From an uncultured Chlamydiales bacterium (GTDB lineage Bacteria; Chlamydiota; Chlamydiia; Chlamydiales; JAAKFR01): DNA of 64,000 nucleotides. Location: the NCBI GenBank assembly GCA_963699155.1, contig OY969414.1, positions 1,996,771-2,060,770 of the forward strand, in the 5' to 3' direction. This document shows positions 1 to 8,918 of this stretch, one piece after another. Under the pieces are notes generated by a model. The model worked only from the letters and a program-made list of their open reading frames with translations. It did not search any database and was not told the DNA's origin. A program made the translations under genes and the position numbers. Within the stretch, counting starts at the first letter, position 1; each line of letters starts with the position of its first letter.

Positions 1-1877
1 GGCGCATCATTGATTCCATCTCCTAAGTAGCCCACAGTGTGGCCCTGACTTTTCAACGCCCTAATGATGCGCCGCTTTTGCAGAGGGGTGAGTTTGGCAA
101 AGATGGTTGTCTTTTCCGCCACTTTCCGAAGCTCTTCCTCACTCATGGACTCAACTTGGTCTCCAAGGACAAATCCATGATTTTGCAGATTGACCCACTC
201 ACAGATTTTACGCGTGACCCTTTCGTTATCCCCCGTTAAGAGTTTAACGGTAACTCCAAAATCATTTAACTGTCGGATCGCCTCTTTAGCAGAAAGCTTA
301 GGCGGGTCTAGGAAAGCGAGAAAGCCGGCAAAGACAAGATTCTGCTCATCTCTGATCCGGTACTCTTCTCTTTGTGCATCCACCTCTTTGTAACCGACGG
401 CAATCACCCTAAGTCCATCTTCACTGATATTCCTGTCTATCGCAAAGATCTCTTGACGCCTCTCTTCCGTAAGCTCCTCTTCACTCTCTCCTATTTTTAC
501 TCGATTGCAGACGGCGACAACCTCCTCCACAGCTCCTTTTGAGATGATGAGATGATGCTCAGGCTTCATTTGAACGATCACAGACATCCGTCGCCGCGTA
601 AAATCAAAAGGAAGCTCATCGATCTTTTTCACACCACTCTTCATAAGAGGAAGGGCTTCGACCTCTTTGTGCTGAAGTACCGCTAAGTCCAACAGATTTT
701 TTAAACCAGTCTGATAAAAGCTATTCAGATAGCCATAGAGAAGGACCTCCTCGCTCTCTTTACCCACAGCATCCAAATACATTTCTAAAATAATCCGATT
801 CTCTGTCAGCGTCCCGGTTTTGTCAGTACATAATATATTCATCGCACCAAAGTTTTGGATCGCGTTGAGCCTTTTGACGATCACTTGGCTCTTGGCCATC
901 TGCACAGCCCCTTTGGCAAGGTTGGCCGTCACGATCATCGGCAACATCTCTGGAGTCAAACCGACGCCGACAGATAAGGCAAAGAGGAGCGCCTCAAACC
1001 AATCTCCCTTCGTCAATCCGTTGATGACAAAAATGCAGGGTACCATGAAGACGACAAAACGGATCAAGAGCCAGGTCACCCGATTGATGCCGATATCGAA
1101 ACTGGTTAAAGTACGTTTACCGATAATGGTGGAGGACATCTCACCAAAATAGGTGTGCCTCCCTGTAGCTACGACGATAGCTTGAGCGGTGCCATTCACG
1201 ATATCTGTCCCCATAAAGCAGAGATTGGGCATGTTGAGCGGATTGGACTCATTTTCAGGGATGGGGATCGACTCGTCCTTGGTGACTGGAAACGATTCAC
1301 CTGTTAAGGCGGACTGATTGATCGCGAGCTCCTTGGCATTGATAAGCCGGATGTCTGCGGGAATCCGATCTCCGGCCGAAAGGTTGACAATATCGCCTGG
1401 AACCAGATTTTTGATTGGAATATCGTAGCTGTTTGGTTCTGACTCCTCATCTTTTCGTCGGAGAACAGTCGTCTGGATACTGACTAGCTCCTTGAGCTTT
1501 TCGGCTGCCTGGTTAGAGCGGTATTCTTGGAGGAAACGCATGATGACGCTAACCACCACCATGAAGGCGATGATGATCGCTGAGTCGTATTGCTTGAGAA
1601 AAAGAGAGATAATTCCTAAGACAAGCACTAAAACAACGAAGGGATTGCGGAAATTGCTGAAAAGCAACGAGAGCGCGCTCTGGGGCTTTTCATGGGCCAC
1701 TTCATTGGTCCCATACTCTTCCTGCCTCTTTTCCCCCTCTGCTTCTGTTAAACCCTTCTTGGAGCTTTCCCATTTTTTAAAGAGTTCAGCCAGAGGCATT
1801 TTGGCCTCTTCAAGCAGCGTCTTTGACATCTGCCATTTTTCTTTGGAATCGCTGGAGGGGCGTGAAAAGAGCTTCAT
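1..1877 (-). CDS. mgtA: Mg2+-type P-type ATPase (MgtA-like); C-terminal part lies beyond the window edge
   Basis: Absent from the ORF track because it has no stop inside the window. Manual minus-strand translation from ATG at 1877-1875 gives MKLFSRPSSDSKEKWQ... Motifs: TGES-type ALTGESFPV; phosphorylation motif CTDKTGTLT (complement of ~804-830, in frame with 1877); hinge GDGINDA at nt 1-30. The frame is open to nt 1. Confidence 0.8.
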   Translation of the reverse strand, partial: MKLFSRPSSDSKEKWQMSKTLLEEAKMPLAELFKKWESSKKGLTEAEGEKRQEEYGTNEVAHEKPQSALSLLFSNFRNPFVVLVLVLGIISLFLKQYDSAIIIAFMVVVSVIMRFLQEYRSNQAAEKLKELVSIQTTVLRRKDEESEPNSYDIPIKNLVPGDIVNLSAGDRIPADIRLINAKELAINQSALTGESFPVTKDESIPIPENESNPLNMPNLCFMGTDIVNGTAQAIVVATGRHTYFGEMSSTIIGKRTLTSFDIGINRVTWLLIRFVVFMVPCIFVINGLTKGDWFEALLFALSVGVGLTPEMLPMIVTANLAKGAVQMAKSQVIVKRLNAIQNFGAMNILCTDKTGTLTENRIILEMYLDAVGKESEEVLLYGYLNSFYQTGLKNLLDLAVLQHKEVEALPLMKSGVKKIDELPFDFTRRRMSVIVQMKPEHHLIISKGAVEEVVAVCNRVKIGESEEELTEERRQEIFAIDRNISEDGLRVIAVGYKEVDAQREEYRIRDEQNLVFAGFLAFLDPPKLSAKEAIRQLNDFGVTVKLLTGDNERVTRKICEWVNLQNHGFVLGDQVESMSEEELRKVAEKTTIFAKLTPLQKRRIIRALKSQGHTVGYLGDGINDA

Positions 1878-1909
1878 AGCGATGAAGAAGCAATTTCTAC
1901 ACCATCAAT

Positions 1910-3151
1910 CTAATGATTGACTGCAGATCTTAGCCCGCGATCTCTGAATCCCCAATGCATCAGGAAATAAGAGATGAGCACAGCGATCAGGCCTATCAGA
2001 GCAGGAAGGTAAGAGCCGAGAGCGACAAGGTGGCCGCCGAAGAGAGGTGTGACAATGAAGACCATCGATTCGAGAGACTGAAGCATCCCTAGAACCTCCT
2101 CCTGGTTCTCTTTCGGTACGATTGCAGAAATCGCAGTCACAGCCTGCGAAAAGAGAAGGGCCAAAAAGTACTGCTGCAGAGGAATCAGCAGCCAAATGAT
2201 GATCACATTGACCTTCCAGATGAATGGAACTAGAGAAAAGCCAATGGCTAAGAGAGAGAAGGAGACTACATTAGTAGCCGAAAACTTATTGAGAATGGGA
2301 CGGATGAGAAGCCCTGAGCTGATGGCAAAACAAACAGCTGCATAGATATAGAAATAACCGATCTCCCTCTCGCCTAAGCTGTAGCCTCCCACCAAGGTGA
2401 CGGAGATGAATTCAAAATAGAAGGACCAGCCCACTGAAAAGATAAAGAGACTTAAGAAGCAGACCCGGATCAAGGGGTTCTTCAGGATTGTTTTTAAACT
2501 TTTCTTCAGGGAAATCCCAGCTAACAAGTGCTTAGCAGGCCCAAAACCCTTTACTGTGAGATTCTTCCTAAAAATAAAGATAAAGATGACAAAGCTGAGG
2601 ACACTGATGAGCCCTGCTACTATGAAGGGGATTGTCATCTCACCCATGTTGGTGCCAAACCCGCCCCAGAGTGGCCAAATCGCAAAACTCAGCGAGTTCA
2701 ACAGGCTGGCAAAGTTCAGATTGATCGGCCTGTCGGAAGGGTGTCTCAAATCGGCGAGGGCGCTATTGATAATCCCTGAGTTCGAGCTTCCCACGCCCAC
2801 GATGATCTGGCCCAGGAGGATCATCCAGAGGTTTCTCTGCAATAGGCCACAGGTCGATAGGGAATAGCCTGAAGCGGTAATGCCAAAGGTGACCCTCAGG
2901 AAGGGCGACCTTTCTACTTTTTCAGGAGCCATCCCTACAAAAATGGCACAGAGAAACTGCATGAGAGGGCACGCAGCCAGCAGTGCTGCCATCCAGAGCC
3001 ATCTGAACATAGAGGAGCTATGGGCATCTAAGAAATAAAAATCGCCCTGGAAACCGATGGACGAGTAGATAGGGTAGATAAAGCCAATGCTGAGCCAATC
3101 CACGAAGGCCAGAAGTAGGAGAAAAAGTAATGAGAGCTTTGCTATCCCCAT
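1910..3151 (-). CDS. MFS transporter (drug/H+ antiporter-like)
   Basis: 413-aa ORF, hydrophobic throughout with about 12 predicted TM segments and an MFS-like organisation. Substrate unknown. Confidence 0.7.
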   Translation of the reverse strand: MGIAKLSLLFLLLLAFVDWLSIGFIYPIYSSIGFQGDFYFLDAHSSSMFRWLWMAALLAACPLMQFLCAIFVGMAPEKVERSPFLRVTFGITASGYSLSTCGLLQRNLWMILLGQIIVGVGSSNSGIINSALADLRHPSDRPINLNFASLLNSLSFAIWPLWGGFGTNMGEMTIPFIVAGLISVLSFVIFIFIFRKNLTVKGFGPAKHLLAGISLKKSLKTILKNPLIRVCFLSLFIFSVGWSFYFEFISVTLVGGYSLGEREIGYFYIYAAVCFAISSGLLIRPILNKFSATNVVSFSLLAIGFSLVPFIWKVNVIIIWLLIPLQQYFLALLFSQAVTAISAIVPKENQEEVLGMLQSLESMVFIVTPLFGGHLVALGSYLPALIGLIAVLISYFLMHWGFRDRGLRSAVNH

Positions 3152-4370
3152 TCACCAACTCTGAAAGTGAAAAAGTATAGATAATATGAAGGATTATGCA
3201 AGGCCTTTTTCCATTTTTCTGAAAATAGACCTTTTGCACCCCTCCCACAGAGGAGAAAGCGGCACTTTTATCAAAAATATAGCAAAAAAGCAGGCCGGGA
3301 GAATTGGGTAGACCTGGACCCCGCTTAGAATAACCAGTTACGGTCATTTTATCTAAATCGACGGTTTCTATTATTGCAGCATAACTAGCTAGATCATTAT
3401 CTGCCCAGTCCTGCTGGGCAATCAGCCAGGGTGTTTTGCCTCCTTTATAGCTATTAGGCCTTTCTAAATTGAAAAAGAGTCGGTAGCTCTCAGCTTTTCG
3501 GATAAAATCTTCCCTAGATTCAAATTTAGCAATATCAAAAAACTCTGTCTCAATAAGGTTGTGGAGACTTTCCACATCGCCATTTGCATTGCACAGCTTC
3601 GGAGGAATGAAGAGATGCTCTCCGCCATGGGCCTGCACAGCTTGGCAAAAGGGAGATTTCTCAAAATGTCTTGTTGTTCCTCCAAATTCCACACCATTAT
3701 CTGTTTGCACAATGATCTTTTTATCGGGCATTTGTGAGCGTAAGCGTCTTAACACATAATCGATCATCGTTCTCGCATTAAGTTCTGAAAGCTCATCCGA
3801 AAAGCCTAGAAAGAGCATACCTGATTTGGTATCTCTCACAGTGTATTGAAAACGTGGAAGCTTTAAAGGGTTAAGTTGTCCCCAGTAGTTAGGAATATCC
3901 CTTAAATACTTTAAATCCATTTGCATATGACCAAAAGCCTGATACTTTGCTTTAGCCTCTCTCAAATCGTTCTTCTTTTGATATTTTTTGCGTCTCTTGA
4001 CAGTGAGACCGTTTTGTTTAAGCACCCTGTAGATAGCATCTAATGAGCACTCTATATTGAAAAAATACTTCAATCTTCTGGGGCCATAACAAGGCACTTC
4101 GTGGCGGGCTTGGATAATTTTCTTCTCTAGCTCTGGGGAAATCTTGTGGGGAATATGGTTAGGGCCTTTTCTTTTGTCATAAAGACCTTTATTCCCTTCC
4201 GCTTCAAAGTTTCTCAACCAACGTCGGATGGTATTTCTACCTAAGCCCCACCTTCTCATCGCAGGCTTAATTCCTTCTGCTTGAGCACTTTTAACAACCT
4301 GCTTCTTAAATTGAAAAAGATATTCTTGCGGTGTTCCTTTCATCATCATACTATATGTGCTGAGCCCCAT
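3018..4370 (-). CDS. DDE (rve-type) transposase of IS copy 1; reads through the IS end into flanking DNA
   Basis: N-terminal HTH (GLGRNTIRRWLRNFEAEG). DDE candidates in HMQMDLKYL, VQTDNGVEF and NGDVESLHNLIETEF. 358 codons lie inside the IS and 92 more come from flanking DNA until the stop at 3018, overlapping the MFS gene start. Confidence 0.85.
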   Translation of the reverse strand: MGLSTYSMMMKGTPQEYLFQFKKQVVKSAQAEGIKPAMRRWGLGRNTIRRWLRNFEAEGNKGLYDKRKGPNHIPHKISPELEKKIIQARHEVPCYGPRRLKYFFNIECSLDAIYRVLKQNGLTVKRRKKYQKKNDLREAKAKYQAFGHMQMDLKYLRDIPNYWGQLNPLKLPRFQYTVRDTKSGMLFLGFSDELSELNARTMIDYVLRRLRSQMPDKKIIVQTDNGVEFGGTTRHFEKSPFCQAVQAHGGEHLFIPPKLCNANGDVESLHNLIETEFFDIAKFESREDFIRKAESYRLFFNLERPNSYKGGKTPWLIAQQDWADNDLASYAAIIETVDLDKMTVTGYSKRGPGLPNSPGLLFCYIFDKSAAFSSVGGVQKVYFQKNGKRPCIILHIIYTFSLSELVNGDSKALITFSPTSGLRGLAQHWLYLPYLLVHRFPGRFLFLRCP

Positions 4371-4553
4371 ATGACCTCTCTTAAGTTTACAAGATAAGAC
4401 AGCTTATGCGGGCTCAATTTTTCAATAAAGTCTTATAATCCCGTTATTCTCTTAATCCCGAAAATTTTTTCCTTTAGCCTTTCAAAAGAGACGGTTCCCA
4501 TGCAACTTAAGTGTTCTAATTTTGAGGGGTCCAGCTTTTCCCAGGTGTTACCA
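3297..4553 (-). mobile_element. IS481-like insertion sequence, copy 1 (1,257 bp)
   Basis: Identical to copies at 7608-8864 and 45460-46716 except one base (g at 3870 vs t at 8181 and 46033). Imperfect terminal IRs: left GGGAGAATTGGGTAGACCTGGACCCC; right (rc) TGGTAACACCTGGGAAAAGCTGGACCCC. Flanked by a 16-bp direct repeat, agcaaaaaagcaggcc, at 3281-3296 and 4554-4569. Confidence 0.9.
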
Positions 4554-4607
4554 AGCAAAAAAGCAGGCCTTAATTATTTTTTAATAAAAAGCACTTATAA
4601 TAGATGT

Positions 4608-4919
4608 ATGAATCCAATTAGTTTAGCACAAGCTTATACAGAAGGACGCCTTACTCCAGAGGGAGAAAAAACCCGAAACCGCTTGATTGTGGCCTCAGTC
4701 ATCAGCGCACTTTTTGCAGCTGCATCGATAGCCCTGCTCACTTATTTCGCAGTTTGTAAATCTTCTTTTGCCGGTTTTGGAGCTCTCGGAGGGACGTTCA
4801 GTCTAGGTCTACTTGGAGTCTGTATCTACACAATTCATGGTCCCCTAAGACCGCATGAGGCATCCGAGATGGTTAACTCTTCTCCACCCAACGAACAGTT
4901 ATTATTGAATGCCGCCTGA
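4608..4919 (+). CDS. Small membrane protein with a bilobed hydrophobic domain (Inc-like)
   Basis: The track ORF 4500-4919 starts 54 nt inside the IS. The in-frame ATG at 4608 (MNPISLAQAYTEG...) is the likely native start. Hydrophobic hairpin: LIVASVISALFAAASIALLTYFAV-CKSS-FAGFGALGGTFSLGLLGVCIYTI. Confidence 0.55.
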   Translation: MNPISLAQAYTEGRLTPEGEKTRNRLIVASVISALFAAASIALLTYFAVCKSSFAGFGALGGTFSLGLLGVCIYTIHGPLRPHEASEMVNSSPPNEQLLLNAA

Positions 4920-4932
4920 GCGAGGGCATCTT

Positions 4933-5970
4933 CTAGAAATTACGTCCAATGATAAATAAGAGAGCGAGATTGGTTTTGGGTTGATGACCATTGAGCTGTT
5001 GTACGAGAGGGATTCCGATACCTCCTTGTAAAATCCATTTCTTTGTGGAGTACCAAAGTGAAGGGGTCATCAAAAGCACATTGCCGCCCGAATTTCGATC
5101 GATGAGACCGTTAATCCGATTTTTCTTAGTATATGTGCCATCAATTTCCACCATCCATGCAAAAATCATCCGATCTTTGCGCGCACAGATCACTTTTTCG
5201 AAGCCCCATTGGTAGAGAAATTGGTCTCCAAATTTTGATCGATGATTTTCCGTAGAAAAGAGCTCTCCTGTAGAAAAGAAAGCATACCACCATCGATCGG
5301 TATGGCTGAAGGTTCCGCCAAGGAAAAATGAGGGAGCTCCAAAACCGGTGGGAGGCTCCTTATCAGGATCGCCTGAGGGATAGAGAATAGTAGCGACAAC
5401 GGTGGCTTGATTGGAGTAACACTTTGTCGTGTAGGTATAGTAAGCATATTCGAATTGCAGAACGATGTCCCCTAGTCCCGCAGAAGTCTGGTCATCTATG
5501 TGATTCTCAAGAATAAACGGAAGCTGGAGATAGATATCGACCTGGTCTGTAACCCCATATAAAATGGAGGGAAGCAACGTCGAAGTGAGTAGGCGATTCC
5601 CCCAAAATAGATTACCTACGAGATAATATTGGAGTACATCTGTGCCTGCGACCAACTGTCCAAAACCGATAAGAGGAGCGATTTGTTGTGAGGTGGGAAG
5701 AGAAAAATTTCCAATAGTAAGGGGCGTTGGCCCATGTTTGGACTCGGTTGTTGTCTCTTCTGCAGGCTTCTCCTCCTCTTTTTTAGTTTCCTCCTTTTCA
5801 TCTTTTTTCTCTGTTTGGGTAGAGCTCTCCTTTTCAGTTTTTTCCTCAGCTTTGGCTGGCTCTGTCGATTTGGTCTCCTCTTCGCTATCTTTTCCACTCA
5901 GCGAAAATGGCAGGAAGAGAAATAGGCCGATGAGAACTAATAGTGATTTGACTCTAAGCATAGTATTCAC
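4933..5970 (-). CDS. Outer-membrane beta-barrel protein (MetA-pathway/transporter-like OMP) with a Lys/Glu-rich N-terminal linker
   Basis: Signal peptide MNTMLRVKSLLVLIGLFLFLPFSLSG. Low-complexity K/E/T region. Alternating beta-strand pattern, a GLGDI motif and a C-terminal aromatic residue (…IIGRNF). Confidence 0.6.
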   Translation of the reverse strand: MNTMLRVKSLLVLIGLFLFLPFSLSGKDSEEETKSTEPAKAEEKTEKESSTQTEKKDEKEETKKEEEKPAEETTTESKHGPTPLTIGNFSLPTSQQIAPLIGFGQLVAGTDVLQYYLVGNLFWGNRLLTSTLLPSILYGVTDQVDIYLQLPFILENHIDDQTSAGLGDIVLQFEYAYYTYTTKCYSNQATVVATILYPSGDPDKEPPTGFGAPSFFLGGTFSHTDRWWYAFFSTGELFSTENHRSKFGDQFLYQWGFEKVICARKDRMIFAWMVEIDGTYTKKNRINGLIDRNSGGNVLLMTPSLWYSTKKWILQGGIGIPLVQQLNGHQPKTNLALLFIIGRNF

Positions 5971-5995
5971 ATAGTTTTACTTGATCCAAAGGATA

Positions 5996-6799
5996 TTAAT
6001 AAAGGATTTTTGGGTGGAGTTTTGTTGCGAGGAGCAGCAGACCAACGTAGAGAACGATGCCAAAAGCAAAATCTGTCACAAGACCAAAATGAGAGCTCTC
6101 TCCTATGATCATCAATGTGCGTAGTGCATCGACCTGGTAGGTGAGGGGGTTGATGATGGAAAGCACTTTGATCCACTGAGGCATCTTCTGGATAGGATAA
6201 AGGGCATTGCTCGCGAAAAAAAGAGGCATAATGACCATCTGTCCTATTCCCATAAAGCGCTCCCTTTTTTTAACGATCGAGGCAATAATCAGCGAAAGGG
6301 TTGAAAAAATAGCACCGAAAAGCAGTGAGATGAGGATGACACCGATTATAGAGCCGACAGCGAGCTTGAGGTCAACCCGAAGGATGAGAGAGAGAATGTA
6401 GACGATGAGGACTTGGCTCAAGCCTCTTATTCCTGCCGCTGTCGATCGCCCGATAATGATCAATATCCGAGGTGTGGGTGTGACCAAGGTTTTGTGTAAA
6501 CTGCCAGCATCCCGTTCCCAAATGAGTGCAATCCCATAAAAAATAGCGACGAGCAGAATGCTTTGGGCCAAAATTCCTGGCACCATGAAGTCAAGATAAG
6601 AAGGCTCTCCCAGACCCGGTGTCAACATTTTTGCCATTGCTTGGCCAAAGATCAGAATCCAGATAAGGGGCTGGAACATGCGTATGAAGAGCTGACTCGG
6701 ATCATGTTTCAATTTGCACATGTCAGCTCCGACGATGGCAAAAATCTGGTTGATCCCTCTAATCAAGCTGTGAATATGTCCTGCGAGTCTCTTTTGCAA
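5996..6799 (-). CDS. ABC-2 type transporter permease
   Basis: 267-aa ORF with about 6 TM segments, immediately downstream of and overlapping the ABC ATPase gene. An alternative start at 6721 is possible. Confidence 0.75.
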   Translation of the reverse strand: MQKRLAGHIHSLIRGINQIFAIVGADMCKLKHDPSQLFIRMFQPLIWILIFGQAMAKMLTPGLGEPSYLDFMVPGILAQSILLVAIFYGIALIWERDAGSLHKTLVTPTPRILIIIGRSTAAGIRGLSQVLIVYILSLILRVDLKLAVGSIIGVILISLLFGAIFSTLSLIIASIVKKRERFMGIGQMVIMPLFFASNALYPIQKMPQWIKVLSIINPLTYQVDALRTLMIIGESSHFGLVTDFAFGIVLYVGLLLLATKLHPKILY

Positions 6800-7553
6800 G
6801 CTGAAATGTCCCTCCCTCCACTGTTGCCCCTGTCAGTTTGATGAAAACATCATCGAGAGTTCCTCCAGGCCCAACCATCGCTTTGAGTCGCTCAGGTGTG
6901 TCGATGGCCACAAGATGTCCTAAATGCATAAAGCCGATGTGATCGCATAATCTGTCAGCTTCATCCATATCATGCGTGGTCAGCAGAAAAGTGGTGCCAA
7001 AATGAGAACGCCACTCCTGAATGCTCTGCCAAAGCGATTTCCGAGCCGAAGGATCTAAACCCACTGTCGGTTCATCAAGAAAAAGGAGGGCGGGTTCGTG
7101 GAGAACCGCTTGAGCAATTTCGAGACGACGAATCATCCCTCCGGAATACTCACTGACAAGCTTGTCAGCCGCCTCCGATAGACCCATAAACAGAAGAACA
7201 CTCTCGATACGCTCTTTCAACGCCTTTCGTGACAGTCCATATAACTTCCCAGAGAGCACAAGATTCTCATATCCTGTCAGGTCGCCATCTGCCGAAAGCG
7301 TTTGCGGTACATAACCAATCTGCTCACGTACCTTCGACGGCTCCTTCACGATATCATACCCTCTGATCTTTGCCGTCCCTGATGTGGGCGGCAGTAGGGT
7401 CGTCAACATTTTAATCGTTGTACTTTTTCCTGCCCCATTTGGTCCCAACAAACCAAAAATTTGCCCCTGCTTCACTTCAAAGGAAATCTGATCGACAGCC
7501 ATAACTGATCGATATCGACGGCTCAATTTTTGCACTTCAATCACATTTTCCAT
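6759..7553 (-). CDS. ABC transporter ATP-binding protein (DrrA/ABC-2 exporter type)
   Basis: Walker A GPNGAGKST, signature YSGGMIRR, Walker B LLFLDEPT, H-loop TTHDMDEA. Confidence 0.9.
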   Translation of the reverse strand: MENVIEVQKLSRRYRSVMAVDQISFEVKQGQIFGLLGPNGAGKSTTIKMLTTLLPPTSGTAKIRGYDIVKEPSKVREQIGYVPQTLSADGDLTGYENLVLSGKLYGLSRKALKERIESVLLFMGLSEAADKLVSEYSGGMIRRLEIAQAVLHEPALLFLDEPTVGLDPSARKSLWQSIQEWRSHFGTTFLLTTHDMDEADRLCDHIGFMHLGHLVAIDTPERLKAMVGPGGTLDDVFIKLTGATVEGGTFQLAKETRRTYSQLD

Positions 7554-7592
7554 AGTTTTACAGAGTTACCATTTTCCCCCTTTTTCGCCTAA

Positions 7593-8681
7593 TCAATCGT
7601 CATCAGCGGGAGAATTGGGTAGACCTGGACCCCGCTTAGAATAACCAGTTACGGTCATTTTATCTAAATCGACGGTTTCTATTATTGCAGCATAACTAGC
7701 TAGATCATTATCTGCCCAGTCCTGCTGGGCAATCAGCCAGGGTGTTTTGCCTCCTTTATAGCTATTAGGCCTTTCTAAATTGAAAAAGAGTCGGTAGCTC
7801 TCAGCTTTTCGGATAAAATCTTCCCTAGATTCAAATTTAGCAATATCAAAAAACTCTGTCTCAATAAGGTTGTGGAGACTTTCCACATCGCCATTTGCAT
7901 TGCACAGCTTCGGAGGAATGAAGAGATGCTCTCCGCCATGGGCCTGCACAGCTTGGCAAAAGGGAGATTTCTCAAAATGTCTTGTTGTTCCTCCAAATTC
8001 CACACCATTATCTGTTTGCACAATGATCTTTTTATCGGGCATTTGTGAGCGTAAGCGTCTTAACACATAATCGATCATCGTTCTCGCATTAAGTTCTGAA
8101 AGCTCATCCGAAAAGCCTAGAAAGAGCATACCTGATTTGGTATCTCTCACAGTGTATTGAAAACGTGGAAGCTTTAAAGGTTTAAGTTGTCCCCAGTAGT
8201 TAGGAATATCCCTTAAATACTTTAAATCCATTTGCATATGACCAAAAGCCTGATACTTTGCTTTAGCCTCTCTCAAATCGTTCTTCTTTTGATATTTTTT
8301 GCGTCTCTTGACAGTGAGACCGTTTTGTTTAAGCACCCTGTAGATAGCATCTAATGAGCACTCTATATTGAAAAAATACTTCAATCTTCTGGGGCCATAA
8401 CAAGGCACTTCGTGGCGGGCTTGGATAATTTTCTTCTCTAGCTCTGGGGAAATCTTGTGGGGAATATGGTTAGGGCCTTTTCTTTTGTCATAAAGACCTT
8501 TATTCCCTTCCGCTTCAAAGTTTCTCAACCAACGTCGGATGGTATTTCTACCTAAGCCCCACCTTCTCATCGCAGGCTTAATTCCTTCTGCTTGAGCACT
8601 TTTAACAACCTGCTTCTTAAATTGAAAAAGATATTCTTGCGGTGTTCCTTTCATCATCATACTATATGTGCTGAGCCCCAT
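7593..8681 (-). CDS. DDE transposase of IS copy 2
   Basis: 362 aa: 358 codons inside the IS plus 4 flank-encoded codons (ADDD) before the stop at 7593-7595. Confidence 0.9.
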   Translation of the reverse strand: MGLSTYSMMMKGTPQEYLFQFKKQVVKSAQAEGIKPAMRRWGLGRNTIRRWLRNFEAEGNKGLYDKRKGPNHIPHKISPELEKKIIQARHEVPCYGPRRLKYFFNIECSLDAIYRVLKQNGLTVKRRKKYQKKNDLREAKAKYQAFGHMQMDLKYLRDIPNYWGQLKPLKLPRFQYTVRDTKSGMLFLGFSDELSELNARTMIDYVLRRLRSQMPDKKIIVQTDNGVEFGGTTRHFEKSPFCQAVQAHGGEHLFIPPKLCNANGDVESLHNLIETEFFDIAKFESREDFIRKAESYRLFFNLERPNSYKGGKTPWLIAQQDWADNDLASYAAIIETVDLDKMTVTGYSKRGPGLPNSPADDD

Positions 8682-8864
8682 ATGACCTCTCTTAAGTTTA
8701 CAAGATAAGACAGCTTATGCGGGCTCAATTTTTCAATAAAGTCTTATAATCCCGTTATTCTCTTAATCCCGAAAATTTTTTCCTTTAGCCTTTCAAAAGA
8801 GACGGTTCCCATGCAACTTAAGTGTTCTAATTTTGAGGGGTCCAGCTTTTCCCAGGTGTTACCA
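7608..8864 (-). mobile_element. IS481-like insertion sequence, copy 2 (1,257 bp)
   Basis: Same sequence as copies 1 and 3. Flanked by a 14-bp direct repeat, tcaatcgtcatcag, at 7593-7606 and 8865-8878. Confidence 0.9.
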
Positions 8865-8918
8865 TCAATCGTCATCAGATTAATTGTATCTTAATTATTT
8901 TTTGCTAAAATAATTTAC

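Noticed and set aside
1905-2195. A 96-aa ORF overlapping the 3' end of the MFS gene, and other 60-110-aa ORFs nested in long genes throughout the track
   Set aside because: They are nested out of frame or antisense within well-supported longer genes, have no ribosome-binding sites, and show low-complexity or Arg/Ser-rich shadow-frame composition.
3464-3759. 82-aa and 66-aa ORFs inside every IS copy (also at 7775-8070 and 45627-45922)
   Set aside because: They lie antisense to, or out of frame within, the transposase gene. They are identical only because the IS copies are identical, and they carry no motifs. They are treated as shadow ORFs.
3297-8864. A composite transposon formed by IS copies 1 and 2 around the ABC/OMP module
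   Set aside because: Each IS has its own matching target duplication (16 bp and 14 bp), which indicates two independent insertions. The outer flanks (3281-3296 vs 8865-8878) do not match each other. Recombination between the copies remains possible, but mobilisation as a unit is not supported.
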